A stretch of DNA of 64,000 nucleotides from Terriglobia bacterium (lineage in GTDB: Bacteria; Acidobacteriota; Terriglobia; 20CM-2-55-15), in the NCBI GenBank assembly GCA_963664115.2, contig CAXWPJ010000002.1:160001-224000 (forward strand), written 5' to 3'. Below, piece by piece: positions 1 through 9,399 of this stretch. Position 1 is the stretch's first letter. Every line of letters starts with the position of its first letter. The notes below the pieces were generated by a model. It was not told the DNA's origin. It saw only the letters and a list, made by a program, of their open reading frames with translations, and ran no database searches. The translations under genes and the position numbers were made by a program.

Positions 1-1679
1 TAGGACAGCATGTCTTTTCCTACTTCGGCCTGGCGTCCGCCTCGCGAGAACATCCGGGCCCGGGTCTCGTTGTAGGAACGGTTGTTGAAAATGACGACGA
101 TGACGGGAACGTCGTAACGAGACATGCTCCAGAGCGCCTCGATTTGGCCGAACAGAAAACCCCCGTCCCCTTGCAAACACACCACCTGATTGTCGGGCCG
201 TGCGAGCTTGACCCCGACGGACGCCGCAACACCCCATCCCAGCGCATATCCGATGGTCCGGCCGATCTTCGTCTTCTCTTCCTCGGCAAAATTAAACCAT
301 CGGAGCGCCTTCGGACCTTGCGTTCCAAACTCTTCCACGATGTAAGCATCGCGGTCTAGGGCAGCGTTGACTTCATACCCCACGCACTCGAACGTCAGGG
401 GAACCTCATCAAATCGGCGCTGGGCGACGAATTCGAAAGACTCACGCATCCTTTGCGTAAATTCTGCTGTTGCTTCCTGGCGGGGCTGCCGGATCCGCTC
501 CAGACGTTCGTTAGTCGCCAGACTCCTGATACTTTCCACCAGGGCCGTGGCCGTCTCGTTGACGCTTCCGGCCAAGGGGACGTGAACCGGATAAGCCGTT
601 CCGATATGATCCGTTTCGACACGGCCGTGTATGATCTTTGCGTTCCGGAGCCGATCGTTTTCGAGCGACGCCGCGCCCGACATATGCGCGCCTAAATTCA
701 AGTACACGTCGATGCTTTCAGGAAAGCGGCCACCGGAGACTTCAAGAAACAGCGGATGTTTGGTTGGGAAGTCGGCGGCCCAGCTCCGCGCCTGGGTCAC
801 TGGAATTGCCAACAGTTCCGCAAGCTCGACAACGGATGCCCCAGCGCCAGATGCGGTAACCTCCGGGCCCACGTATAGAAGAGGGCTTTCGGCCTCGAGC
901 AGCATCCGGGCCGCCTCGTCCACGTCTTGCGGGTGGGGTTGCAGAGTCGTGGGTACGCTGAACGTACGGGACGGGTAGATGCCCGCCCGCATATTACTTG
1001 TGTAGAGCACATCGCGGGGAAAACGAAGATACACCGGTCCTCCCGGCATAGTCGTAGCCAGCTTCAAGGCTTTCGTGGTCCACTCGGGAATTCGATCGGG
1101 CTCAGACACAAGCCAGCGGAACTTCGTGAACTGCTCGACGGTTTCCAGCCAGTCCTCGACGTCTTCATGTCCGTCCCGTCCAGCGCGATCGGTCTCGGAG
1201 TGATCTGAAGTCACGATGATCGGGCTACGATCCTTCATCGCGTTGTACATGTTTGACGTCGCGTTGGGCGATCCCACACGACTGATCATCACGAAGCCGG
1301 GGTTTCCCGACGCTTTCGCGTAGCCGTCCGCCATTGCGACACAGTGGCCCTCATGGGTAGCGAGAATTGGTTGCATGTCGGGGCGATCGACGAGCGCATC
1401 ACACAGTGGGCCGAGCCCCGAGCCATTTCCGAGGAACAGGAACTTAATGCCAGCGGCCCGCAATTGTTCCGCCAAGACCTCTCCGGCATTCCCTTCGAAC
1501 GGAGTCAGCAGTTCGGCTGGGGCGTCCCCCGCCTGAGCGCTCTGAGCCTGGACGAACGGTTCCAGCGATTTCAAGACGGATGCGACCGCGGTCACTCCGA
1601 ACCCAGCCTGCGACATCCGTTTCACGAAAGACCGGCGTGGAATCGTCTGCTCGATGTAGTCTCTAACGATATCTCTCAT
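1..1679 (-). CDS. Thiamine pyrophosphate-dependent enzyme (benzoylformate decarboxylase/acetolactate synthase-like), runs off the left edge
   Basis: Not in the ORF track because it has no stop in the window. Manual translation from ATG 1679 (AGGAGG upstream) gives MRDIVRDYIEQTIPRRSFVKR...HEGHCVAMADGYAKASG...QGDGGFLFG...VIFNNRSY, containing the TPP-binding GDG-x(n)-NN motif. Confidence 0.88.
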   Translation of the reverse strand, partial: MRDIVRDYIEQTIPRRSFVKRMSQAGFGVTAVASVLKSLEPFVQAQSAQAGDAPAELLTPFEGNAGEVLAEQLRAAGIKFLFLGNGSGLGPLCDALVDRPDMQPILATHEGHCVAMADGYAKASGNPGFVMISRVGSPNATSNMYNAMKDRSPIIVTSDHSETDRAGRDGHEDVEDWLETVEQFTKFRWLVSEPDRIPEWTTKALKLATTMPGGPVYLRFPRDVLYTSNMRAGIYPSRTFSVPTTLQPHPQDVDEAARMLLEAESPLLYVGPEVTASGAGASVVELAELLAIPVTQARSWAADFPTKHPLFLEVSGGRFPESIDVYLNLGAHMSGAASLENDRLRNAKIIHGRVETDHIGTAYPVHVPLAGSVNETATALVESIRSLATNERLERIRQPRQEATAEFTQRMRESFEFVAQRRFDEVPLTFECVGYEVNAALDRDAYIVEEFGTQGPKALRWFNFAEEEKTKIGRTIGYALGWGVAASVGVKLARPDNQVVCLQGDGGFLFGQIEALWSMSRYDVPVIVVIFNNRSYNETRARMFSRGGRQAEVGKDMLS

Positions 1680-1749
1680 GATTTCGCCTCCTGGCGTGCT
1701 AAGGATTCCTCTCCTCGAAGAGCTCGACGAAGAGAGAACCTCCATTGCC

Positions 1750-1966
1750 GTTCGTCGGTTTTAGCGGGCCGCTCTACGGAACTGTTTTCTTCGATAGGCC
1801 TCTTCAGATTTGACCCCAACCGAACTATATATGATATCCGTCCGGATGACGCCGTTTCGTCATGGTGAATCCCAGGGGCGGCCTGCAAGCGGCTTCGGGG
1901 CTCCAACAGATAGTCGAGATCCAAAATTGGTTTGAAGAACTGAAGGAACGGGCTCCTGTACCGTAA
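1750..1966 (+). pseudogene. C-terminal remnant of a Ser/Thr kinase-PD40/TolB-like beta-propeller family gene
   Basis: Reads ...AGRSTELF...YDIRPDD/(frameshift)RRFVMV...QQIVEIQNWFEELKERAPVP*, resembling the YDVxPDGxRFLM...NWFEELK C-terminus I recall for this family. No start codon or upstream domains. Confidence 0.65.
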
Positions 1967-2100
1967 CTTTCAAGCTCAAGTTCTGAGAAATCATCTTCTC
2001 GGAGATTGAGAAATGGTCGAAAGTCGGGCATCGACGCATTCCTTGCCAATAACCCTCCCATGTAGATAGACTTACCAGAATTTGGGCGCTCTCTTTGGCG
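1925..2100 (+). repeat. Dispersed junction element, copy A (NWFEELKERAPVP* + inverted repeat + conserved tail)
   Basis: AATTGGTTTGAAGAACTGAAGGAACGG...TAA, then CTCAAGTTCTGAGAA-ATCATC-TTCTCGGAGATTGAG (1975-2010), then a tail CCTTGCCAATAACC..GATAGACTTA..TTTGGCG shared with copy C. Confidence 0.9.
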
Positions 2101-2192
2101 GCAAACCTGGGCTGGCCCGACGGCAACGGACATGATTGCGGCGGCTGGAGAGACTACGGCCGCGGATAAGAAATCTCTTCGGGGAGGCAATA

Positions 2193-3128
2193 ATGAACAC
2201 AAAGACAATCAGCGTCGGCTTATTGATTCTGGGTGCCGGCTTCGTATTTTCCCAGATGGCGGGTGCGCAGGGCGCGGGCGCCAATGTCGATACGATCACC
2301 CAGTTGACGGATAACGTCTATCGGCGCGGCCCCACCTCGAACGTCTTCATGGTGACGGACGAGGGCATCATCATGGTCGATGCCACTTGCGATGGGGGAG
2401 GTATGGAGTGGCTCAAGGAAGAGTTAGATCGCCGGTTTGGCGTCCCGGTGAAGTACGTCATCCTGAGTCACGACCACGAGATGCACATCTGCGGGCTGCA
2501 AGTCTTCGATGACACAGCGGTGACGATCGGCCACAAGAACATCAGAGAGCACATTATTAGAGAAGGCCGGAATACATCCGTACCCGATGTCGTCTTCGAG
2601 GGGGATAACCTGGAGATCTATCTCGGTGGCCAGAGGGCGATCGTGTACTATTTCGGTCCCCTCCACAGCGACAACCTGGTCCAGGTTCACTTCCCAGACG
2701 AAGGCGTGATGGTCGCGACGGATCTGGTTCGCGCCGGCAAGTCGATCGGACTGCCCGACTACCGCGACTCGAACGTGAACAACATGATCGAGGCGCTCTG
2801 GAAATTATCTAAACTGGATAACATCGATATCGTGGTTCCCGGTCACGCGGGCCTCGCCGATCAGCAATCGTTTACCTTTTATCGTGAGTATCTGATCGCT
2901 CTCAGGGAGCGGGTGCTGGACGAGATGGTGGAGGGCGCCTCAATCGAGGAGATTCTGGAGCGGGTCACCATGGAGGATTTCTCCGACTACGGCAACTACG
3001 ACAACTGGCTTCGCGCCAATATCATCTCCATGTGGGATTATCTCTATCGCTACAGGGAGCCGAGCCAGGGCGTGGGGGACTACCAGAATGTGTATCCCAT
3101 CGGTTTCCCGATCGGCGCTCCGGAGTAA
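2193..3128 (+). CDS. Secreted metallo-beta-lactamase-fold hydrolase (cyclase-like)
   Basis: GGGGAGG RBS, signal peptide, SHDHEMH (variant of HxHxDH), GPLHSDN, ATD and VVPGH motifs. Confidence 0.85.
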   Translation: MNTKTISVGLLILGAGFVFSQMAGAQGAGANVDTITQLTDNVYRRGPTSNVFMVTDEGIIMVDATCDGGGMEWLKEELDRRFGVPVKYVILSHDHEMHICGLQVFDDTAVTIGHKNIREHIIREGRNTSVPDVVFEGDNLEIYLGGQRAIVYYFGPLHSDNLVQVHFPDEGVMVATDLVRAGKSIGLPDYRDSNVNNMIEALWKLSKLDNIDIVVPGHAGLADQQSFTFYREYLIALRERVLDEMVEGASIEEILERVTMEDFSDYGNYDNWLRANIISMWDYLYRYREPSQGVGDYQNVYPIGFPIGAPE

Positions 3129-3242
3129 GCGCGAGCGAGGACTACACGACGCATGCATAGGACCCCTGGCCCGATCGCCGCGCTGGCACTCACCGGCCGG
3201 GCCGGAATTCGGCTCAAGCTATTGGCTGGTCCGGCGATCCGA

Positions 3243-3400
3243 ATCAACATCGTCCTAAACTGGTTTGAAGAACTGAAGGAATGGGTGCCTGTGCCCTGAT
3301 TTTCGAGGTCAAGGCCTGAGCAATCATCTTCCCGGACCTTGAGAATCGCCCGAATTACAGGCGCTGACAGTTTTCTTGCTTATAAGTCCCGCCTGTAGAT
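3243..3400 (+). repeat. Dispersed junction element, copy B
   Basis: ATCAACATCGTCCTAAACTGGTTTGAAGAACTGAAGGAATGGGTGCCTGTGCCCTGA (INIVLNWFEELKEWVPVP*), then TCAAGGCCTGAGCA-ATCATC-TTCCCGGACCTTGAG. Confidence 0.9.
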
Positions 3401-3407
3401 GGTGATC

Positions 3408-4280
3408 CTACCGGCCCGGTCCCCCCTCCGCCTCCCGGAGCATCGCTTCGAATCTGGCTTCGACATCCGGCACGAAACTCCTCCACCCTTCCGCGTCAAT
3501 GCAGGTCACACACCTCGGGTCGACGGGAAGAGCCGGGTCCAACTCGCGGGGCGGATCCTGCGGATGATTGTGGAGGAAGAGGTCGGGGGGTTCGAGCTCC
3601 TTCAGCCTTTGAAGAGTCCTCTGCGTGTCGGCGACAACCGTCGGGTGCCTGGGATTGTTGAAGAGCTGAGCCCCCGCGTTCGGAATTTCGCCGCCACGGA
3701 AGGCGATGGAATAAGTATTCCCACCCTCCTCGACGGTTGTCATCCACATCGTTGCTCCTTGCGTGTGGCCCCCCGTCCAGAGGGCGCGCAACGTCACTGC
3801 GCCGAGCGTGACTGTGTCACCGTCCTCGACCACGCGATCCACCGTGACAGGCTCAAAGTTCCGGGCCCCGATAGCCGAGTTGTCCTGGCCTGATTGGAGC
3901 GCCACGGCGTCGCCGCCGAGCGCAACAACCTGCGCACCGGTCACTCGCTTCATGGCCGCGTGCCCCTCGACGTGGTCCCAATGTGCATGGCTCGAGATCA
4001 TGATCCGGATGTCCCGAACGTTGAATCCGAGTTTCTCGACGTTCGATACGATGAGCTCGTGCATATCGGCACTGCCCGTGTCGTGGAGAATGTGGCCCTC
4101 CGGCGTGGTGATGAGATAGGAGCCATATTGGCCGCCCACATAGTAGATATTGCCTATGACGCGGAACGGTTCCACGGTTTCGTTCGCCGCCTGAATTCGC
4201 TCTCTTCGTTCCGCCCCACCATACGGCGACATCGATACCATCGCTGCACTCAGCACCACCAGTGCACATATCAGACGCAT
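3408..4280 (-). CDS. Subclass B3-like metallo-beta-lactamase family protein
   Basis: Signal peptide, PFRVIGNIYYVG, SSHAHWDH, GHTQG and LHNH motifs typical of the B3 MBL fold. Confidence 0.85.
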   Translation of the reverse strand: MRLICALVVLSAAMVSMSPYGGAERRERIQAANETVEPFRVIGNIYYVGGQYGSYLITTPEGHILHDTGSADMHELIVSNVEKLGFNVRDIRIMISSHAHWDHVEGHAAMKRVTGAQVVALGGDAVALQSGQDNSAIGARNFEPVTVDRVVEDGDTVTLGAVTLRALWTGGHTQGATMWMTTVEEGGNTYSIAFRGGEIPNAGAQLFNNPRHPTVVADTQRTLQRLKELEPPDLFLHNHPQDPPRELDPALPVDPRCVTCIDAEGWRSFVPDVEARFEAMLREAEGGPGR

Positions 4281-4440
4281 ACGGCCTCCTTACAAAAGTT
4301 GTGGATGTCAGACGCGTTTTCAGGTTTTCAACACCGCATCGTGGGTCGGCGTAAGATACATCATTTTCGAATTACTCAAGTTTCAGTATCCGAGGACTTC
4401 ACCGGATGAGACCTCCGGCAGTCGGGCGGCACCGGCTGGA

Positions 4441-5394
4441 TCAATATTCCCCACGCGCCACATCTGCACTCAGGCACTCGATCTGCCACCCGGCAAATTG
4501 CTGGAAACCCTCCACACCAATAAGGAATGGATTCGGCTGGCCCGGTTGACGCGTCCGCGCTGCTTCGATCGTCGGCAGGGAATCGTCGATGTAGGAGTGG
4601 TTGTTGAGTTCGACGTCCACCCCGGCCGCTTTGGCGAGCGTCGCCATCCGCTGGGTCGATTCCATCATCTCGCGAGAAGTCGCCAGCGAAACGGTCCGTG
4701 GTCCGTTCAGGAAAAAGGCGAGGTGAGGCTGCCCACCTTCCATCACGGGCACCATCGTAGACAACGCTCCGTCAGTATGCCCCGGCGTGGAGTAAAACGT
4801 CAGGGTCGTGCCCCCGAGGGTCAGTGTGTCACCGTCGGCTACCACCATGTCGCGCTCCGGCGGTGCCGCGCGGCCCGATTCGGTACTCGCTTCCATCGTA
4901 CGCCAGGCCAGTTCGGTCGCCACCACTCGCGCGCCAAAACGTTCCTGAAGGTAGCGGGCGCCTCCATAGTGATCGCCATGTTCGTGGCTGATCACCACGT
5001 ACTGGATACGTGAGGGATCGAGGCCGAGCTGTTCCATGCCCCCGACAATCTTCACCTCCGCATCCTGGGCATCGTTCAAAGAATCGAGAAGAATAATCCC
5101 GTCGGGTGTGTCCACCGCCCACGAATAGACCCTGGGGAGACCCAGGAAGTAGAGGTTGTCGAAGACACGGACGGGCGCCACCGTTTCGGGAAGCTCGGGC
5201 CGGGGGCGGCCGTTGCGGGGCAAGCATAGCCGCGTCATTGCTCGCTCGTAACGCGTACCGGCAAGTTCTATGGCTTTATCGACGTGCATCTGCACCGCCG
5301 GTGCTTCCTGCGCATGCGCGGGAACGGCGGTGGCCAGGTTCGAAACGACAACGGCGACTACGAGCATGAATTTTACTGTCTGCATTGTTTTCAT
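4441..5394 (-). CDS. Secreted B3-like MBL-fold metallo-hydrolase
   Basis: Signal peptide ending AHA-Q, PVRVFDNLYFLG, SHEHGDHYGG, TPGHTDG and NH motifs. Confidence 0.85.
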   Translation of the reverse strand: MKTMQTVKFMLVVAVVVSNLATAVPAHAQEAPAVQMHVDKAIELAGTRYERAMTRLCLPRNGRPRPELPETVAPVRVFDNLYFLGLPRVYSWAVDTPDGIILLDSLNDAQDAEVKIVGGMEQLGLDPSRIQYVVISHEHGDHYGGARYLQERFGARVVATELAWRTMEASTESGRAAPPERDMVVADGDTLTLGGTTLTFYSTPGHTDGALSTMVPVMEGGQPHLAFFLNGPRTVSLATSREMMESTQRMATLAKAAGVDVELNNHSYIDDSLPTIEAARTRQPGQPNPFLIGVEGFQQFAGWQIECLSADVARGEY

Positions 5395-5751
5395 TGTCCT
5401 ATTCTCATGTTCAATTCAAAGGAAAACGCGCGCGAATACCGGCGTCACGGCCAAACTTCCCCAATACTTTGCACCCGCTGCCGGGCAAACGTCTAGATAA
5501 TTCTCATCAGCTAGACCCCCGGCTATGCCGGCGTGACTCGCAGAAGTTTGTCCCTACTTCCTTCATTTCCTGGGCATACACTGCACCTGTCCGTTCACGT
5601 AAAGTGTTCGATTGACCGCCTGCGGTCACCCGTCTAGTCGAAAGTTGAGAATCGAATCTACCACCGAGGGCGCGTATTTCACCTATACTTCACCGACACT
5701 AGCTTGCGCCCGCTGACAGTATCGTCCGTCCAGACTTATAAACACCGCCGC

Positions 5752-6603
5752 CTAAGCAGATTCAGGCCGATGCGCCCGGAGGAAGGAACGAATCTGGCGC
5801 ACTGCCAGGGGAATTAGCTCGGGAGGCTCCTTCCATGGGTACATGCTCAGTTCGGCTTTCGGCGCGAGCATCGCAGACTCCATGGCGACGGCGTAGGGGT
5901 GCGCCGGGCTATCATCGGGCAGGATCAGTACGGGCGTCTGGCAATTGCGCACGAAATCGCGTGTCACGGTGATGACGAAGTCGATGTTGCGATACATCTT
6001 GGTCAGGTATGCGTCGACCGTCTCCATCGTGATCTCGGGCCGGCTCTCCACTATCTCGGAGCCCCAGCCGCTCATGTTGCCCTCGTAGAAGCGGTCGGGC
6101 GCTTCCGGGCGGAACCCAAGGGGCTGCGCCAGCACGGCGGCGGCGACACGATCCGGAGCCCGCTCCAGCAGGTTCCAGATTAAAGGGCCGGCGATGCAGA
6201 AGCCCAGCACCATGAACTTGTCGATGCCCAGGTGATCCATCAGACCGAGATGGTCATCGGTATATGCATCCCACGGCCGGTCGATCTCGAGTGGGCCGGT
6301 GGATTGGCCGGGAATGGCATTGCGCAAGTCCGATCCGATGCAGCGGTATTCTCCGCTGAACTCCTCGATCGTGTTAAAGGGGCCTCGGAACAATCCGGAC
6401 ATCGTCGAGTTCAATCCCCCGCCGGCGATGAGCAACAACGGGAAGCCGGAACCGAACTCTTCATAGTGGATGCGAACGGGGCCTCTTTCGTAGAAGGAGC
6501 CAGTGCCCCCCTGCCCCGTCTGTTGAGCGAACAAGCGCGGCGCTGCGGCCATCGCCGTCGCCGCGGCTCCCGCCGCCAGTATTTTGCGTCTGATTGGATC
6601 CAT
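5752..6603 (-). CDS. Alpha/beta hydrolase with Tat-like signal
   Basis: GAGGAGG RBS before ATG 6603, RRKILAAG leader, GFPLLLIAGGG and nucleophile elbow GFCIAG. Confidence 0.85.
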   Translation of the reverse strand: MDPIRRKILAAGAAATAMAAAPRLFAQQTGQGGTGSFYERGPVRIHYEEFGSGFPLLLIAGGGLNSTMSGLFRGPFNTIEEFSGEYRCIGSDLRNAIPGQSTGPLEIDRPWDAYTDDHLGLMDHLGIDKFMVLGFCIAGPLIWNLLERAPDRVAAAVLAQPLGFRPEAPDRFYEGNMSGWGSEIVESRPEITMETVDAYLTKMYRNIDFVITVTRDFVRNCQTPVLILPDDSPAHPYAVAMESAMLAPKAELSMYPWKEPPELIPLAVRQIRSFLRAHRPESA

Positions 6604-6740
6604 AGTCGACGTCCTCCTCAAATTGTTGCGTCCCGTGGGTGCGGGTCAAATCGCCAGAGCGTTGTCCTCTAGAGCTTCGAAAATATATCATGGTCTTCTT
6701 GAAAGAGCGGACCGAATTGGAAGAAGCCGAGCGCCCATGA

Positions 6741-6933
6741 ATCAACATCGTCCTGATCTGGTATGAAGAACTGAAAGAACGGGTGCCGGTGCCCTAGAAA
6801 AATGATTCTCGAGTCCTGATAATTCCCGTTCCCGGACCTTGGGAATTGGCAAATTTTAGGGACTTGACCCTGTCCTTGCCAATAACCTTCCCTTGTCGAT
6901 AGACTTAGCAGAATTTCGGTGTCCCGTTTGGCG
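6741..6933 (+). repeat. Dispersed junction element, copy C
   Basis: Codes INIVLIWYEELKERVPVP*(TAG), then CTCGAGTCCTGATAA-TTCCCG-TTCCCGGACCTTGGG and the tail shared with copy A. Confidence 0.88.
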
Positions 6934-7182
6934 ACACACTAAATCATCAATCCGGAATGGGACTTGTGTGCATTCTCGTCCAAACGTAGATCTCTATGGA
7001 GGCGCTGGAAGCACGTATGAGGCTATGACTGTTGCCTACAGCTATGTAGGATTGATGGATCAGGACTTGGCACCCGGCCCGACCTGCTCCTGTGTGAAGC
7101 TGCTAGCCGGGTGAGTGCCTAGAGCACTTCGGTCCAGGCAATCACCTGTCCGGTTGGCCGGATGCCAAGTAAGGAGGACGCC

Positions 7183-8241
7183 ATGCATGCTGCTGTCCCT
7201 AGATGCGTATCGAGTGCTGCACTGATGCTGGCCTTAGTCCCGAGCGCCACAGTCAATCGGATGGCGGCCCAAGAGGCACAGCCACAACGGCCACTGGTTA
7301 AGATCGTCGCCACCGGCGGCACTATTGCCAACTCGCCCGAGGGTCGCATGGCCGTGGATACGGTGCTGGCGCAGATTCCTGAAATTGCCGAACACGCGCG
7401 AATCGAGGTGGTGGATTATAGCCGCATAGGCTCGTCGGCAATCACAGTACAGAACTGGATCGACGTCGGAGCTATCGTCAACCAGATCTTTGAAACCGAA
7501 CCACAGGTGGCCGGCATCGTCGTCACGCACGGCTCGAATACCTCTGAGGAGACCGCATACTTCCTGTCACTCACCGTGAACCACACCAAGCCTGTTGTGG
7601 TGACCGCCGCCCAGCGCCAACAGAGCACTCTGGGCGAAGAAGGTACCCGCAACCTTTTCGACGCCATCCGCGTCGCCGCCTATCCGGGGGCAGCGGGCAA
7701 GGGCGCGATGCTCGTAGTGAACGAAAAGATTCATCCTGCTCGTGACGTGACCAAGCGGATGACGGTGCGCGTGGAAACTTGGGAGTCGGGCGATGTGGGC
7801 GCACTGGGTGTTGTAGATGTCGATGCGGTCACCTTTTACAATCAGCCGGTCTACAAGCACACCACCGGTTCCGACGTGCGACTTCCTGCCGGCATTACCC
7901 GGGCGGGCGAGTTACCCCGGGTAGATATTATCTACGCCTATGCCGACGCCGACGGTGCGCTGGCCGAGGCAGCCGTTCAGGCCGGAGCGCAGGCGATCGT
8001 GGTCGCTGGCTTTCCGACAGGTGCGGCCACGCCGGCCCAGTATGAGACGCTGGACCGGCTGCGCGATCAGGGCACCATCGTGATCATGTCGAACCGCGGC
8101 GGACTGGGCCGGATCAACACCAACAACCGGTATATCTCGGCCGATAATTTGACCCCGCAGAAGGCACGCATCCTGGCCATGCTGGCGCTGACGCGCGATC
8201 CGTCGGCCGCATTCGTTAAGGAAGTGATGGACTCACACTGA
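7183..8241 (+). CDS. Periplasmic type II asparaginase/glutaminase-like protein
   Basis: AAGGAGG RBS, ATGGTIA, THGSNTSEETAYFL, KPVVVT and DNLTPQKARIL motifs. Confidence 0.88.
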   Translation: MHAAVPRCVSSAALMLALVPSATVNRMAAQEAQPQRPLVKIVATGGTIANSPEGRMAVDTVLAQIPEIAEHARIEVVDYSRIGSSAITVQNWIDVGAIVNQIFETEPQVAGIVVTHGSNTSEETAYFLSLTVNHTKPVVVTAAQRQQSTLGEEGTRNLFDAIRVAAYPGAAGKGAMLVVNEKIHPARDVTKRMTVRVETWESGDVGALGVVDVDAVTFYNQPVYKHTTGSDVRLPAGITRAGELPRVDIIYAYADADGALAEAAVQAGAQAIVVAGFPTGAATPAQYETLDRLRDQGTIVIMSNRGGLGRINTNNRYISADNLTPQKARILAMLALTRDPSAAFVKEVMDSH

Positions 8242-8265
8242 AAGAAAGGAGTGCCGGTCCCGTGA
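8238..8265 (+). repeat. Dispersed junction element, short degenerate copy D overlapping the asparaginase stop
   Basis: CTGAAAGAAAGGAGTGCCGGTCCCGTGA versus copy C CTGAAAGAACGGGTGCCGGTGCCCTAG (one inserted base). Confidence 0.6.
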
Positions 8266-8337
8266 AGCTGGTTCTGCCCACTATGAGGTTGAAACGCCCT
8301 CCCGTTAGTAGTACGTTCTTTTTTGCAAGGGGGAGGT

Positions 8338-9399
8338 ATGCAGACATTCCCGCTCGAGCCTCGAAGACGCCACATCTTCATTAAAGCAATGGCACCTGCC
8401 CTTCTGGGTCTGGTTGCCATCGTCACCGCGACTGTAGCTTCGGGACACCATGCCGCCCAGGTTACCTACTTCACGGATCAGGTCATTGAGGTCGAAGGTG
8501 AAATTACCGGTCTTCTCTGGAGAAACCCGCATCTGCGTTTCACCATCAATGCAACTGATGCGCAAGGCGGGACGGTGCTATGGAATGTTGAGAGTATCCC
8601 GGTGACCCGACTCGCACGGGTTGGTATATCGGCCGACCTGGTCGGTGTGGGACAGACGGTCAGGGTGGCAGGATTTCCTTCAAGACGTTCTACGAATGCA
8701 GTCTATGCCATCAATATGTTACTTCCCGATGGCCGGGAAGTTCTCCTCGACACCCCCGTCGCGCGCTGGACCGATAACACACTCGGCACAGGCCGCGATG
8801 AGACCCCGGGGACCCCGAGCGCTGATACCTCTTTAGGCATTTTCCGCGTGTGGAGCACCGACGGCGTGCCTCTGCCTCTGAACCGCAACGAAAGCTACCA
8901 ATTAACTGAAGAGGCCCGCATCGCTCAAGCTCGGTGGGACCCCCTATCGCCCGACAACCCATTTTTCACGTGCACGGCCAAGGGCATGCCGATGATCATG
9001 ACGCAACCCAACCCGATGGAGTTCGTGGATCAAGGAGACCAGATTCTCCTTCGACTCGAGGAATACGATACCGTTCGGGTGATCTCCATGCGCAGTGAAG
9101 GGTCGGATGAAGCGATCGAGGCGACGCTTCTCGGCCACTCAGTTGGCCGATGGGAAGGACGCACTCTTGTGGTGATGACCGACCGGATAAACTGGCGTTA
9201 CTTCGGTCAGAACGGACTGCTTCAAAGTGAGGCGATCGAGCTCGTCGAGCGCTTCACCCCGAGCGTGGACGGGGCTCGCCTCGACTACGAGCTGACAATC
9301 ACGGATCCAGCGCTTTTTACCGAGCCAACGGTCCTGACGAAGTCTTGGCAATGGGTGCCCGGAGATCAGGTCTTGCCGTTCGACTGTACGGAAGGTTAG
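8338..9399 (+). CDS. DUF6152-like secreted protein
   Basis: GGGGAGG RBS, SGHH after the signal peptide, LLWRNPH, C-x-x-x-GMP, GHSVGRWEGRTLVV and C-terminal FDC. Confidence 0.7.
   Translation: MQTFPLEPRRRHIFIKAMAPALLGLVAIVTATVASGHHAAQVTYFTDQVIEVEGEITGLLWRNPHLRFTINATDAQGGTVLWNVESIPVTRLARVGISADLVGVGQTVRVAGFPSRRSTNAVYAINMLLPDGREVLLDTPVARWTDNTLGTGRDETPGTPSADTSLGIFRVWSTDGVPLPLNRNESYQLTEEARIAQARWDPLSPDNPFFTCTAKGMPMIMTQPNPMEFVDQGDQILLRLEEYDTVRVISMRSEGSDEAIEATLLGHSVGRWEGRTLVVMTDRINWRYFGQNGLLQSEAIELVERFTPSVDGARLDYELTITDPALFTEPTVLTKSWQWVPGDQVLPFDCTEG

Noticed and set aside
1500-1540. Apparent frameshift after the TPP enzyme leader
   Set aside because: Recounting the C5 run gives a continuous frame (QAGDAPAELL). 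The gene is missing from the ORF track only because it runs off the window.
7060-7082. CGGGTGCCAAGTCCTGA on the minus strand resembling the RVPVP* tail
   Set aside because: Too short and lacks the WFEELK core, so it was not counted as a copy.
1925-8265. Junction elements as a CRISPR array
   Set aside because: Spacing is kilobases and irregular, the copies are divergent, and there are no cas genes.
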